From an uncultured Methanosarcinales archaeon (GTDB lineage Archaea; Nanobdellota; Nanobdellia; Woesearchaeales; UBA12501): a stretch of DNA of 64,000 bases. The stretch spans positions 447 to 64,446 of the forward strand of contig CAYFJX010000008.1 in the NCBI GenBank assembly GCA_964343705.1. The letters run 5' to 3'. The notes beneath the pieces are model-generated. The model made no database searches and was not told the origin of the DNA. It worked only from the letters and a program-made list of their open reading frames with translations. The first letter of the stretch is position 1; each line of letters begins with the position of its first letter. Of the stretch, positions 1-9,894 are shown piece by piece. A program made the translations under genes and the position numbers.

Positions 1-122
1 GCATCAAGACAATATTCCTTAATAACAAAATCCAAATTGTCAGCAGCCTTATGCAACTCTGATGCATCATCTTCTACTAGTGGCGCAAGTGGTGCTCTTA
101 GTCGATCTCGAAGATCTTGCAT
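1..122 (-). CDS. 5' end of an unidentified CDS running off the left edge (MQDLRDRLRAPLAPLVEDDASELHKAADNLDFVIKEYCLD...)
   Basis: ATG near 120-122 on the minus strand, open to position 1; no family recognised from 40 codons. Confidence 0.3.
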   Translation of the reverse strand, partial: MQDLRDRLRAPLAPLVEDDASELHKAADNLDFVIKEYCLD

Positions 123-197
123 CTCAAACGATATTATGGTAGTTCCCCCCCTCAAGTTAAGTAAAAAAATGTGAAAATAAAAAGAGTAAAAAAAAGT

Positions 198-2189
198 TTA
201 TCCAATAACTGCTACAAACAGTGGTACAAGTACCAGGCTTACAATAGTCATTAGCTTTAACAAAATGTTCAAGCTTGGACCTGCAGTGTCTTTTGCTGGG
301 TCACCTACGGTGTCTCCAACAACTGATGCTTTGTGAGCATCGCTTCCTTTACCACCATGCTTGCCTGTTTCAATGTACTTTTTTGCATTGTCCCATGCAC
401 CACCTGCGTTTGAAAGCATGATAGCAAGAACAACACCTGATGCAATTGCACCACCAAGCATTCCGCCCAGTGCTTCAAGGCCAAGTAAGAGACCAATTGC
501 CACTGGTGCAAGGATTGCAAGCATTGCTGGAGCAACCATACTTCTAAGTGCTCCTTGTGTTGCAATATCCACACACTTTGCATGATCTGCTTTTGCTTTT
601 CCTTTCATAAGGCCTTTGATGCTCTTAAATTGTCGTCGTACTTCTCCAATCATGGTGAATGCTGCTTTTCCTACTGCTTCTGTTGCCATTGAACAGAATA
701 AAAATGGAAGCATTCCACCGATAAGAAGACCGATGATAACACTTGGGTCAAGGAGGCTGATTGAAAGTGCTGCTGCTCCTTTTTCAGCAAGTAGTTTGTT
801 TGCTGAAGTGGTGTATGCACTGAAAAGTGCTAGTGCTGTAAGAGCTGCACTACCGATTGCAAATCCTTTCCCCATTGCAGCTGTGGTGTTACCCACACTG
901 TCAAGAGCGTCAGTTCGCTTTCGGATGTTTGCACCAAGGCCTGCCATTTCTGCGATGCCACCTGCATTATCTGCAACTGGACCATACGCGTCAACAGCAA
1001 GACTAATTCCCAGTGTTGAAAGCATTCCTACAGCAGCAATTGCAATTCCAAAGAGTCCTGCAAATGAGTAAGACAGGTAAATTGCCAATGCAATAACCAG
1101 TACTGGTAGTGCTGTTGACTGCATACCTGTTGCAAATCCTTGGATAATGTTTGTTGCTGATCCTGTTTTGGATGCTTCTGCAATTTTTTTAACATGTCTG
1201 AAATCATAGGATGTGTACCATTCAGTAAGCATACCAATTGCTACACCTGCTAGAAGACCTGCAACGGTTGCGTAAAACACGCCGATTTCTCCGACAAATC
1301 TTCCAATAAGATAGTATGATGCTATGATTTGTAATATACTTGCTACAATCAGCCCATTACGAAGTGCTGCGTGTAACTTGTCTTTGTTTTTTGTTCGTAC
1401 AAAAAAGCTACCAATAATAGATGCAAGAATACCTGCTCCAGCAAGAGCTAGAGGAAGAAGTACTGCTTTTGCACCAAATTGAACTGCAGCAATTGCCATT
1501 GCAGCAATAATACTGCCTACATAACTTTCAAAAAGGTCTGCTCCCATTCCAGCTACATCCCCAACATTGTCTCCAACATTGTCTGCGATAACAGCTGGGT
1601 TTCGAGGGTCATCTTCTGGAATGCCTGCTTCAACCTTTCCAACAAGGTCAGCTCCAACATCTGCTGCTTTGGTAAATACACCGCCACCTACACGTGCAAA
1701 AAGTGCAATAGCTGATGCTCCAAAGCCAAATCCAAAGATGTATTCTGGATTTCCAAAGAAGTGATAGAGACTTGTAACGCCAATTAAGCCAAGACTTACA
1801 ACTGTCAGTCCCATAACAGCGCCGCTTGAGAATGCAACATGAAGTGCTTTGTCCACCCCAGTTGTTGCTGCTTGTGCTGTCCGTGAGTTTGCCTGTGTTG
1901 CAATTTTCATACCAACAAAACCTGCAATTCCACTACAGATTGCTCCTACAAGGAATGCAACTCCTGTTTGCCAATTGATGAAGAATGCCAATAAGACAAA
2001 CACCACCAGTGCAAAAACAGAAATGGTTTTGTATTCTCTTTTCATGAATGCCATAGCACCTTCATGTATAGCATCAGAAATCTCAATCATTTTATCATTG
2101 CCACGGTCTTTGCGCATAATCAGGTAAGCAAATATGCCTGCAAAACCAAGGCCGATTAATCCAACAATAATAAATGCCAATAGTTCCAT
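198..2189 (-). CDS. hppA: membrane-bound ion-translocating pyrophosphatase (M-PPase), K+-dependent subfamily signature
   Basis: 663 aa polytopic protein with diagnostic M-PPase motifs [68 protein letters not shown] and [10 protein letters not shown]. Ala (not Lys) in GNTTAA marks the K+-dependent clade. Confidence 0.95.
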   Translation of the reverse strand: MELLAFIIVGLIGLGFAGIFAYLIMRKDRGNDKMIEISDAIHEGAMAFMKREYKTISVFALVVFVLLAFFINWQTGVAFLVGAICSGIAGFVGMKIATQANSRTAQAATTGVDKALHVAFSSGAVMGLTVVSLGLIGVTSLYHFFGNPEYIFGFGFGASAIALFARVGGGVFTKAADVGADLVGKVEAGIPEDDPRNPAVIADNVGDNVGDVAGMGADLFESYVGSIIAAMAIAAVQFGAKAVLLPLALAGAGILASIIGSFFVRTKNKDKLHAALRNGLIVASILQIIASYYLIGRFVGEIGVFYATVAGLLAGVAIGMLTEWYTSYDFRHVKKIAEASKTGSATNIIQGFATGMQSTALPVLVIALAIYLSYSFAGLFGIAIAAVGMLSTLGISLAVDAYGPVADNAGGIAEMAGLGANIRKRTDALDSVGNTTAAMGKGFAIGSAALTALALFSAYTTSANKLLAEKGAAALSISLLDPSVIIGLLIGGMLPFLFCSMATEAVGKAAFTMIGEVRRQFKSIKGLMKGKAKADHAKCVDIATQGALRSMVAPAMLAILAPVAIGLLLGLEALGGMLGGAIASGVVLAIMLSNAGGAWDNAKKYIETGKHGGKGSDAHKASVVGDTVGDPAKDTAGPSLNILLKLMTIVSLVLVPLFVAVIG

Positions 2190-2353
2190 ATGTCCCCCTC
2201 CACTATAGTGTTATTGTAATAGGTATTGAATGTAAACCTTTTGTGACTATCGGGACAGCAATGGTTTATAAACTTTATGGGAGTCTATTATAAGGGTTGA
2301 GGGGGTTTAAAAACCACTAGAAAAGTGACAAAAGTAATAAAAAAGTAATAAAA

Positions 2354-2824
2354 TTATGGCTGACTAAGCCAGGATAGCTCAGTAGAATCGCTTTTTGCTG
2401 AAAACTGAAATGCAATCTTATTCTCTACTACTGGAAAACAGCGAGTCATGCCTTCATAAGCAAAACCAATTTTAATAGGGCCTGTCTTAAAAGATTCTAA
2501 TAAGCCGGGAGTAGCTGATGAAAATAAGTACACATTATTGTCTGATTTTTCTAAGTGCTTGAGTAGCTTGTCTGGCGCGTCAATCTTAGGATTGGCATGA
2601 TTAACCAAGCATAGCTCGTCAAAGCCAGCAGGTACATGGATGGTAACTTCACCAACATTCCCTTCAATAGAAAAGTGGTCTACAGCAGCAGCAAACTCGT
2701 TCTTGAAATTGTCAATAGTCAACTCGCCCATAGCATCATTAGTGGAAGGATCAACCGGAGCACCTGTAGACGTGCATCCACTAGTCAAAACCAACAATAC
2801 AACAAGAAAAATAACATGTTTCAT
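2354..2824 (-). CDS. small secreted/lipoprotein-like protein, paralogue of the next gene
   Basis: 156 aa; signal peptide ending in lipobox-like LTSGC. Shares blocks with 2831-3343 (ELCLVNHANPK vs KLCLIDHKNPN; NVYLFSS..LLESFKTGPI vs NVYLLSG..VVESFKADPI). Confidence 0.6.
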   Translation of the reverse strand: MKHVIFLVVLLVLTSGCTSTGAPVDPSTNDAMGELTIDNFKNEFAAAVDHFSIEGNVGEVTIHVPAGFDELCLVNHANPKIDAPDKLLKHLEKSDNNVYLFSSATPGLLESFKTGPIKIGFAYEGMTRCFPVVENKIAFQFSAKSDSTELSWLSQP

Positions 2825-2830
2825 AAAAAA

Positions 2831-3343
2831 TCATTCTGTTTCTTGAACAACTGTAATCTTGGTAAATCTGGTTTTACCTTCAAGCTGTAGTTTTATGTAG
2901 CCAAGGTTAATACTGTGACATTCACTTGCACCCTGTGCCATACCAATAGGGTCTGCTTTGAATGATTCAACAACATCATCACCGCCACTGAGCAGGTAGA
3001 CATTATTAACTTTAGTTGGATCACGTGCACTAGCCTGTGCACCAACTGATGTTGCTACAATGGGAGGCAGGGTCCCACTATTAGGATTTTTGTGATCTAT
3101 TAAACACAATTTTTCAAACTTGCTTGGCGTGTCAATGGTTTGCACCCGACCACGGCCGTACGCTGACATCTCGTCGATAATGTTACGGAAATCATTTTTG
3201 AACTGTTCAATGTCAGCTGTTTCAGATGTTTTCATAATAGATTGAATGCCTTTGAAAGCAAACATTACAATCATACCCATTATTACTACTCCAAGAACAT
3301 AGACAAAGATTTGAGATGCTTGTGCTTTAGTTGATTTCTCCAT
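2831..3343 (-). CDS. secreted/anchored protein with possible class III (prepilin-like) signal, paralogue of 2354-2824
   Basis: 170 aa; N-terminus MEKSTKA/QASQIFVYVLGVVIMGMIVMFAF resembles archaeal type IV prepilin signals (basic residue, small residue, then about 20 hydrophobic aa). Tandem with its paralogue, 6-nt gap. Confidence 0.55.
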   Translation of the reverse strand: MEKSTKAQASQIFVYVLGVVIMGMIVMFAFKGIQSIMKTSETADIEQFKNDFRNIIDEMSAYGRGRVQTIDTPSKFEKLCLIDHKNPNSGTLPPIVATSVGAQASARDPTKVNNVYLLSGGDDVVESFKADPIGMAQGASECHSINLGYIKLQLEGKTRFTKITVVQETE

Positions 3344-3413
3344 ATACTGCCTCTTTTACCTATCAATAATATACCAATAGTTTACCAAAGGACAATGAGC
3401 TATAAAAAGGTTG

Positions 3414-3569
3414 TTACTTTTTCTTCTTACCCTGCTTTTTCCCAAACTTTATCTCATCAGCTTTCTTAGTCATCCAGGCATACTGCATTGCCATACTAAA
3501 GCGGCCGACTAATACACCAATGGCAAAAATGAAGAGCCATATAATATAGGTAAGATTTGTTAAGTCCAT
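3414..3569 (-). CDS. possible 51-aa single-pass membrane peptide (MDLTNLTYIIWLFIFAIGVLVGRF...KKQGKKKK)
   Basis: Short ORF below the track cutoff; one clear TM helix followed by a Lys-rich tail; no homology evidence. Confidence 0.3.
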   Translation of the reverse strand: MDLTNLTYIIWLFIFAIGVLVGRFSMAMQYAWMTKKADEIKFGKKQGKKKK

Positions 3570-3809
3570 GTTATGGAAATGAGTAATAATGGTATTTAAA
3601 GCTAATGATTAAGGAGCTAAAAATTAATAATCATCACCTAATGTTTTTTAACTGCATAGCACTAACCGGCCATTAGCCGGATTAAATCGCCCTTTAGGGT
3701 GATTAAAACTATGCAGTAAAAAGGTTATGATCCTTATGACTAAGCACAAATTACTACAAAAAAATAAAACCGATAACTTTATATATCAATTGATAATAAA
3801 TAATATCAA

Positions 3810-4343
3810 ATGATAAAAATAAATATCAAAGAGAGGGTAAAGAGGTATTTTTTCCAGAACACAACAGAGAAACTACGTGTTCGGCAAATAGAACGAGTAG
3901 TTAAAGTTCCCTTACCATCAGCCATACGATACGCAAAAGAGCTTGTAAACGAGCACATACTCAAATCAGAAAAGATTGCTGGAATCACCTTATATTCAGC
4001 CAATAGGACATCACCACAATTTATTCTAGGGAAAAAACTGTATAACTTAGTAGCGCTCGAAGACAGTGGCATTATTGATAGGATAAAAGAAGAGTATCAC
4101 AATTCACCCATAATTCTTTTTGGTTCATTTGCACGTGGTGAAGACATTGAAGAGAGTGACATAGACCTATTTGTTGAATCACCGTCCAAAAAAAAAATCA
4201 ATCTTACACAACATGAAAAGAAGCTCAAAAGAAAAATACAACTTTTTGTTTACAAAAATTTAGAGGACATACCAAACAAAGACTTGCGAAATAACATCAT
4301 AAATGGTATGACGCTAAATGGATTTGTAGAAGTTTACAAATGA
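3810..4343 (+). CDS. minimal nucleotidyltransferase (MNT) with N-terminal wHTH
   Basis: 177 aa; pol-beta NTase motif ILFGSFARGEDIEESDIDLFV. N-terminal HTH-like segment. 4-nt ATGA overlap with the downstream HEPN-like gene. Confidence 0.8.
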   Translation: MIKINIKERVKRYFFQNTTEKLRVRQIERVVKVPLPSAIRYAKELVNEHILKSEKIAGITLYSANRTSPQFILGKKLYNLVALEDSGIIDRIKEEYHNSPIILFGSFARGEDIEESDIDLFVESPSKKKINLTQHEKKLKRKIQLFVYKNLEDIPNKDLRNNIINGMTLNGFVEVYK

Positions 4344-4783
4344 AAGAGTTGAAAGAAAGTACATGGAGCGAATGTGCAATTAACAATAAAGCCCTCACTA
4401 TTTCAAGTGACAAGGCTAAAGCACAATCATTGCTAGACACAATAGAAGGAAGAGTAAAATACCTTGAGAATCAGAAAATAGAAGAATCGAGTGCAAATTA
4501 TATATTTGAAGGCTATTACACGTGCATACTTGAGCTCTTGCACATGGTTGTTTTACTCGCGGGATTTAAGGTGATTAATCATACCTGCTTAGGCTATTAT
4601 GTACGAGATGTACTGCATAAACAGAGCTTGTTTATTGTGTTTGATGATTGCAGGATCAAACGCAACGCTTTAATCTACCAAGGGAGAAAAATGGATTTTG
4701 AAACTGCACAGATGGCAGTAGAAAAAAGTAAACAACTTGTACAATCTTTAAAAAAGATAGTAAGTGATGTACAAAAACAATAA
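4340..4783 (+). CDS. HEPN-like helical protein, partner of the MNT
   Basis: 147 aa all-helical; translationally coupled to the MNT gene. Layout is the same as the second pair at 18.5-19.6 kb; the HEPN assignment rests mainly on context. Confidence 0.55.
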   Translation: MKELKESTWSECAINNKALTISSDKAKAQSLLDTIEGRVKYLENQKIEESSANYIFEGYYTCILELLHMVVLLAGFKVINHTCLGYYVRDVLHKQSLFIVFDDCRIKRNALIYQGRKMDFETAQMAVEKSKQLVQSLKKIVSDVQKQ

Positions 4784-4809
4784 ATAATATCATCAGCTAT
4801 GTGCACTAA

Positions 4810-5091
4810 ATGACCCTCTTCAAAAAACACCTTATCACTCCATTCGAACTTATCACATGGCTCTTGTTCTTCACACTCCTAGCAACAGCATATCTCCTGA
4901 CCATGCCTCTCCTGGAAAACACTCTTCTCGTGATCGGCCTTGCCATTGGCATTTTCAGCATATTCAAGGTGTTCAGCCTCAGCAAACACTACCAACACCA
5001 TAAAAAAGAGGTCATGACATGGCTTTACCGGTTTTGTGCTTTCAAAGTCCTCCCCCTTTTCATTGCAATGATCCCCCCTCACCCTTTTTAA
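4810..5091 (+). CDS. small membrane protein (3 predicted TM helices)
   Basis: 93 aa, hydrophobic; no recognised family. Confidence 0.4.
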   Translation: MTLFKKHLITPFELITWLLFFTLLATAYLLTMPLLENTLLVIGLAIGIFSIFKVFSLSKHYQHHKKEVMTWLYRFCAFKVLPLFIAMIPPHPF

Positions 5092-5184
5092 GCCTTAAAT
5101 AGGCTCTGAATAACACAAAACTTTATAAACCACCTAAGAAGAGTACGGGGTGTAGGGAGACAAAAAACGCATAAGGGTGGTACA

Positions 5185-5499
5185 ATGATAACCGCTGTTA
5201 AGAAAGTACTTGAAACAGAAAAAAAAGCAGAACAAATCATAGAAAAAGCTGAGAAAGACAAGGAAAAGATTATCGAGCATGCACGGCATGCCGCACTCCA
5301 ACTTATTTCTGAAGAACAAAAAAAGGTAGATGAATCTCAGGAAGCATTTCTTCAAGAACGGCAAACTGAGATTGACCAAAAGAAAGAGAAAATTCTAGAA
5401 CAAGGACAAACTGCAATTGGCGAGATAAAACGTTCTGCTGACAACAACCTACACAAGGCAGAAGCGTTTATTGTGAAAAAATTAGAAGAAAGTTTGTAA
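5185..5499 (+). CDS. atpH: A-type ATP synthase subunit H (peripheral stalk)
   Basis: 104 aa Glu/Lys-rich long helix; first gene of the cluster, abutting atpI (1-nt spacer). Confidence 0.7.
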   Translation: MITAVKKVLETEKKAEQIIEKAEKDKEKIIEHARHAALQLISEEQKKVDESQEAFLQERQTEIDQKKEKILEQGQTAIGEIKRSADNNLHKAEAFIVKKLEESL

Positions 5500-5500
5500 A

Positions 5501-7495
5501 ATGATAAAAGCAGAAGCAATGTCCAAGGTTTCAATAGTATGCCCAAAAACATACCTTGAAAAAGTAATCAGCGCATTATACGAGCTGGGAGCATGCCATA
5601 TTGAAGAACACTCAAAAACAGAAGAGATGGATATTGGCAAACCACTGCAAAAAGCAGAAAAACTTGCAGAAATTCTTGTAAAAATCCGTGCCCTTATTTC
5701 TCAGTTGAAAATTGAAAAGAAACACGTTTCTATAAAACGAAAAAGTTTGCTAGAAAAAGATTATTATGAAATTGGTAAACAAGCTCGTGGAATATATAAT
5801 GATGTTGTTGAGCACACTGAGACCATAAAAAGCGCAAATGAAAAAATTACTGAAATTGAGGAAAAAGTGCATGTACTACAAACACTTCGCTCACTACACA
5901 TTTCTCAACAATTATTGCAAGAATCCAACTATCTTGCGCACCTTATCGGATCAGTTGACTTACCTTGCGACTTGCCAAAGTTAAGAAATGAATTAAACAA
6001 AGTCACAGAAGAGTATGAAATCATAATGCACAAAAATGAAGCAGGACAGAAAATGCTTATTGCCTTGTATATGCACAAGGAAAACAGAGCAGGCCTTAAC
6101 GAGGTCCTTGCAAGCCAGGGTTTTACCGAAGTAAATATCACTCCTGCTTTGGAAAGCAAGAAAAAAATTGACCATCAAGTTCATGATCTTCACACTGAAC
6201 TAACCACACATTCACAAGCACGAAATAAGGCACAGCTTAAACTTAACAAGCTAAAAAGAGAAAGTGCACACTTTCTTGTTGAAAATGAGCAACTCCTAAC
6301 TGAAGAGACAAAAAAAGCAGAGATCCCTCTTAAGTTTGGAGAAACAAAAAAAGCATTTACAGTAAAAGGATGGGTTCCAACTGCACGAATGGACAAAGTA
6401 AAAAAAGAATTACAAGAAATCACAAAAGGCAACATCCATATTATTGAAGAAGAACCAGGGAAGAAGGATAGTGTGCCAGTTAAGCTTAAACATAACTTTT
6501 TGGTAAAACCTTATGAGTTTTTCCTTAAACTATATGAACTGCCAAATTACAAAGAATTTGACCCATCTATTTTGATGTTTATTACATTCCCACTCTTTTT
6601 TGGATTTATGCTGGGAGATGTAGGATATGGAGTTATAACACTCATACTATTTAGCTTATTAAAATTAAAGCTACCTCATGCAAAAGCACTCTTAAACATC
6701 ATGATCTTTGCTTCAATTGTGACGATCATATTCGGGGTTGGCTTTGGCGAATACTTTGGTTTTGAACATGTAAGTTATGAAACAGGTAAAGAACTTTGTC
6801 AAAACACAGGTGTATGTCTACCAGTACACGAGTTAGAATCACATGGTGTAACAAAAAAAGTTGCAGACTTCCCACGATTATTTAACAGAGTGCACTCACA
6901 CATGAATATTGGAGGGTTTGAAGTATTATCTGTGTTAGTTATTGGTGCAATAGTAGGATTCATACATCTTAACTTTGCGCTTCTAGTTGGATTCTTTAAT
7001 ATCCTTGCAACACATGGATTTATGCATGCATTCCTTGAAAAAATTAGTTGGATGGTTATGGAAGCAGGAGTTATTATTGTTGCAATGGCCTATGCAGGTG
7101 CAACACCCTTGACACCCCTAACTGGTTTTACATTGATGGGGATGGGTATTGTAATGATTTACATGGGTGAAGGAGCAAAAGGACTTGTTGAGATACCTGC
7201 AATTTTTAGTAATATGCTATCTTACATGCGTCTTGGCGCAGTAGGTCTTGCCTCAGTTGGTTTAGCTGTGGTCGTTAATGAAAACTTAGCAATGCCTTTT
7301 ATTGAAAAAGGAGGAGTTCACATCTTTTTAGCAATCATCATACTCACTATTGGACATGTAATTAATATTGGCCTTGGAGTGCTTGGACCATTCCTGCACT
7401 CATTGAGGCTACATTACGTGGAGTTCTTCTCTAAGTTCTATCATGGCGGTGGAAAAGCATATCAACCGTTTGGAGAACAAAAAGAAGACCAATAA
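5501..7495 (+). CDS. atpI: A-type ATP synthase subunit I (a-subunit homologue)
   Basis: 664 aa; coiled soluble N-half plus membrane C-half with MLSYMRLGAVGLASVGLA (essential Arg) and LRLHYVEFFSKFY.GGGKAY.PF. Confidence 0.9.
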   Translation: MIKAEAMSKVSIVCPKTYLEKVISALYELGACHIEEHSKTEEMDIGKPLQKAEKLAEILVKIRALISQLKIEKKHVSIKRKSLLEKDYYEIGKQARGIYNDVVEHTETIKSANEKITEIEEKVHVLQTLRSLHISQQLLQESNYLAHLIGSVDLPCDLPKLRNELNKVTEEYEIIMHKNEAGQKMLIALYMHKENRAGLNEVLASQGFTEVNITPALESKKKIDHQVHDLHTELTTHSQARNKAQLKLNKLKRESAHFLVENEQLLTEETKKAEIPLKFGETKKAFTVKGWVPTARMDKVKKELQEITKGNIHIIEEEPGKKDSVPVKLKHNFLVKPYEFFLKLYELPNYKEFDPSILMFITFPLFFGFMLGDVGYGVITLILFSLLKLKLPHAKALLNIMIFASIVTIIFGVGFGEYFGFEHVSYETGKELCQNTGVCLPVHELESHGVTKKVADFPRLFNRVHSHMNIGGFEVLSVLVIGAIVGFIHLNFALLVGFFNILATHGFMHAFLEKISWMVMEAGVIIVAMAYAGATPLTPLTGFTLMGMGIVMIYMGEGAKGLVEIPAIFSNMLSYMRLGAVGLASVGLAVVVNENLAMPFIEKGGVHIFLAIIILTIGHVINIGLGVLGPFLHSLRLHYVEFFSKFYHGGGKAYQPFGEQKEDQ

Positions 7496-7562
7496 ACAAA
7501 GAAATAGATCAAAAAAACAAAGTAAGAAACAACAATCAAAAACAACAACGGAGGAAAACAAA

Positions 7563-7790
7563 ATGGCAACCGGAAGTGAAACTGGACTTATTGCATTGGC
7601 AGCAAGCCTTGCGCTTGGAGTTAGTGCTCTTGCAACAGCATGGGCAGAAAAGACAATTGGCGCAGCTGCTATTGGTGCAATGGCTGAAAAAGAACAATTA
7701 TTTGGTAAGGGACTTATCTTAACTGTTATCCCTGAAACAATTGTTATCTTCGGTCTTGTAGTAGCTATTCTAATAATTGGAATGGCTTAA
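7563..7790 (+). CDS. atpK: A-type ATP synthase proteolipid subunit K (c-subunit, single hairpin)
   Basis: 75-aa two-helix proteolipid with ion-binding Glu in IPETIVIFGLV. GGAGG lies 8 nt upstream of the ATG at 7563. The track start at 7443 would overlap atpI and add a non-membrane Lys/Gln-rich leader. Confidence 0.9.
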   Translation: MATGSETGLIALAASLALGVSALATAWAEKTIGAAAIGAMAEKEQLFGKGLILTVIPETIVIFGLVVAILIIGMA

Positions 7791-7875
7791 GTAGTTGTGG
7801 GCTTCTGGGAGTAGCAGCTTGTCTGCTGCACACCCAACAACCTACACTACACATAAATCCCAAAGGTGAAATAAT

Positions 7876-8439
7876 ATGGGTTTAGAAAACGTACAACAAA
7901 ACATATTGACAACAGTTGAACAAGAAGCTGAAGCTCTGCAAGCACAAGGACGTGCAGAAGGAGAACGTCTCAAGCAAGAAGCCGTAAAGAAAGTTGAAGC
8001 ATACAAGCTTGAACGAGCTGAACACACAAAAAAATTGAGTGAACAGCTTGAAAGACGTGAAACAGCGCAAGCTGAGTTTGATGTTAGAAAGAAAGTGCTC
8101 GATGCAAAAAAAGCAATTACTGAACAGGCTTTTGAGCAAGCAAGAAAAACACTTGCAGATCAAGCACTAGCAAAGCGCAAATCACAATTGAAAAAATTAC
8201 TTACACGAGCCCGAAAAGAAATTGATGTTGGACGAGTGTATGTAAGCAGCGCGGACAAAAAACTTATCAAACAACTTGTCTCCAGATCAGTAGATGTGAA
8301 GGAGAAAAAAATGCTTGGTGGATTAATTGCTGAAACAAGTGATGGAACCATTAGTGTAAATTACAGCTTTGAAGAACTGCTCGATGCATTGAAAGAAGAG
8401 TACATGCAAGAGATCAATGGAGTTTTGTTCAAAAACTGA
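7876..8439 (+). CDS. atpE: A-type ATP synthase subunit E
   Basis: 187 aa; long charged N-terminal helix and a C-terminal globular part (GGLIAETSDGTISVNYSFEELL); position in the operon. Confidence 0.8.
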   Translation: MGLENVQQNILTTVEQEAEALQAQGRAEGERLKQEAVKKVEAYKLERAEHTKKLSEQLERRETAQAEFDVRKKVLDAKKAITEQAFEQARKTLADQALAKRKSQLKKLLTRARKEIDVGRVYVSSADKKLIKQLVSRSVDVKEKKMLGGLIAETSDGTISVNYSFEELLDALKEEYMQEINGVLFKN

Positions 8440-8455
8440 AATAGGAGAAACAAAC

Positions 8456-9505
8456 ATGGGAAAGATACGCCTTTATGAGCACCCGTACACGTATGCACGA
8501 GTATGTGCCATGAAAAATAAGCTTGTTAAGAGAGACCAGTATCATCGACTCCTTAAGATGAAGGTACATGAGATCCTCAAGTTTTTACAGGAAACAACCT
8601 ACAAACAAGAAGTTGATGAACTTGCCATCAGTCATGCAGGCGCTGGTGCTATTGAAACTGTGCTTAACAAAAACATGATACGGACACTCAATAAACTCAA
8701 GCGTATCTCTGATGGTAATCTTGCAATTGTGATAGGTAAGTACCTGCAAAGGTATGACATCTACAACATCAAGACTATCCTAAGAGGATTGTTTACCAAA
8801 AGCAAACCTGAAAAAATTGAGAGCATGCTTCTCACTGTAGGAGAACTTAAAAAAACAGTACTCACGAACTTGATACATAAAGATTCTGTTGAAGAAGGTG
8901 TTGAACTTTTGCAAAAAATGATCCCTGATTTAAACATGAAAAAAGCATTAGAAGCATATAAGGAAAACAACAATCTCTTTGAGCTTGAAAATGTTCTTGA
9001 CCATTACTATTACAATAATCTGCTTGCATTTGCAGAAACAATTGCTGGACAAGGAGAACTATTCAAGATATTCTTGCTTCATGAAATTGACATTTTAAAC
9101 ATTAAAACCATTCTCAGATTAAAAAGAGAAAAAATTGAAGCCCGGGAAATAGAAAAATACCTCTTCTATGGAGGAGCACGATTAGACAAAAAAACATTAC
9201 TTAAAATCATTAAAATAGATGACTTAGGTATTATTATTGAACGAATAAAAAAAGCAGGATATAGTAAAACATTAGGCAACAACATGGAAAACTCATCATT
9301 AATTGATATTGAAAATCACTTAAAACATTATTTGTTGGAGCGAGCAAACCTGCTTATGCACCAGCACACACTAAGTATCAATGTCATACTTGGCTACTTA
9401 CTTGCCAAAGAGATTGAAACACGAAACCTAAAAATCTTAGTCAAAGGTAAGAGATTAGGACTGGAAGAGTCCTTCCTTGAAAGAGAACTTGTAATTGCAC
9501 GATAA
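8456..9505 (+). CDS. atpC: A-type ATP synthase subunit C (V-ATPase d homologue)
   Basis: 349 aa from Met14 of the track ORF (MGKIRLYEHPYTYARVCAMK); helical-repeat protein in the operon position of subunit C. Confidence 0.8.
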   Translation: MGKIRLYEHPYTYARVCAMKNKLVKRDQYHRLLKMKVHEILKFLQETTYKQEVDELAISHAGAGAIETVLNKNMIRTLNKLKRISDGNLAIVIGKYLQRYDIYNIKTILRGLFTKSKPEKIESMLLTVGELKKTVLTNLIHKDSVEEGVELLQKMIPDLNMKKALEAYKENNNLFELENVLDHYYYNNLLAFAETIAGQGELFKIFLLHEIDILNIKTILRLKREKIEAREIEKYLFYGGARLDKKTLLKIIKIDDLGIIIERIKKAGYSKTLGNNMENSSLIDIENHLKHYLLERANLLMHQHTLSINVILGYLLAKEIETRNLKILVKGKRLGLEESFLERELVIAR

Positions 9506-9520
9506 ACACAGGAGAAAAAA

Positions 9521-9823
9521 ATGGAAATTGCTGTACTTGGAAAAAGTGAATTCACCCTCGGCTTTATGCTGGCAGGGATCCAACGAATTCATACTGTAGA
9601 CAAAAACCCAGAAAAAGCAATAGACCAACTTATGCAAGAGAAAGATGTTGGAATCATAATCATTGATAACGTTGTACTTGAAAGCCTTGATGAAAAAACA
9701 CAAGAATCAGTAGAACGATCAGTCAAACCGGTCTTTGTTCCAGTTTCAACAGAGGCATCACAAGAAAACCTGCGAAAGATGATCATCAAGTCAATTGGTG
9801 TTGATCTTATGGCAGAAAAATAG
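9521..9823 (+). CDS. atpF: A-type ATP synthase subunit F
   Basis: 100 aa; MEIAVLGKSEFTLGFMLAGI N-terminus typical of subunit F. Confidence 0.8.
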   Translation: MEIAVLGKSEFTLGFMLAGIQRIHTVDKNPEKAIDQLMQEKDVGIIIIDNVVLESLDEKTQESVERSVKPVFVPVSTEASQENLRKMIIKSIGVDLMAEK

Positions 9824-9894
9824 CTTAGAAAAAAAGCAGATGGAACAACAAACAATAACAAAACATAATCAACCAAGAATACTAAGGTGAGAAC

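Noticed and set aside
305-2127. Seven track ORFs (60-151 aa) overlapping hppA on both strands
   Set aside because: They lie entirely inside a strongly supported 663-aa M-PPase gene. Their low-complexity Ala/Ser/Pro-rich translations are typical of off-frame readings.
7443-7562. Long N-terminal extension of atpK (MAVEKHINRLENKKKTNKQRNRSKKQSKKQQSK...)
   Set aside because: It overlaps the 3' end of atpI. The GGAGG SD sits in front of the internal ATG at 7563, and proteolipids start directly with the first TM helix.
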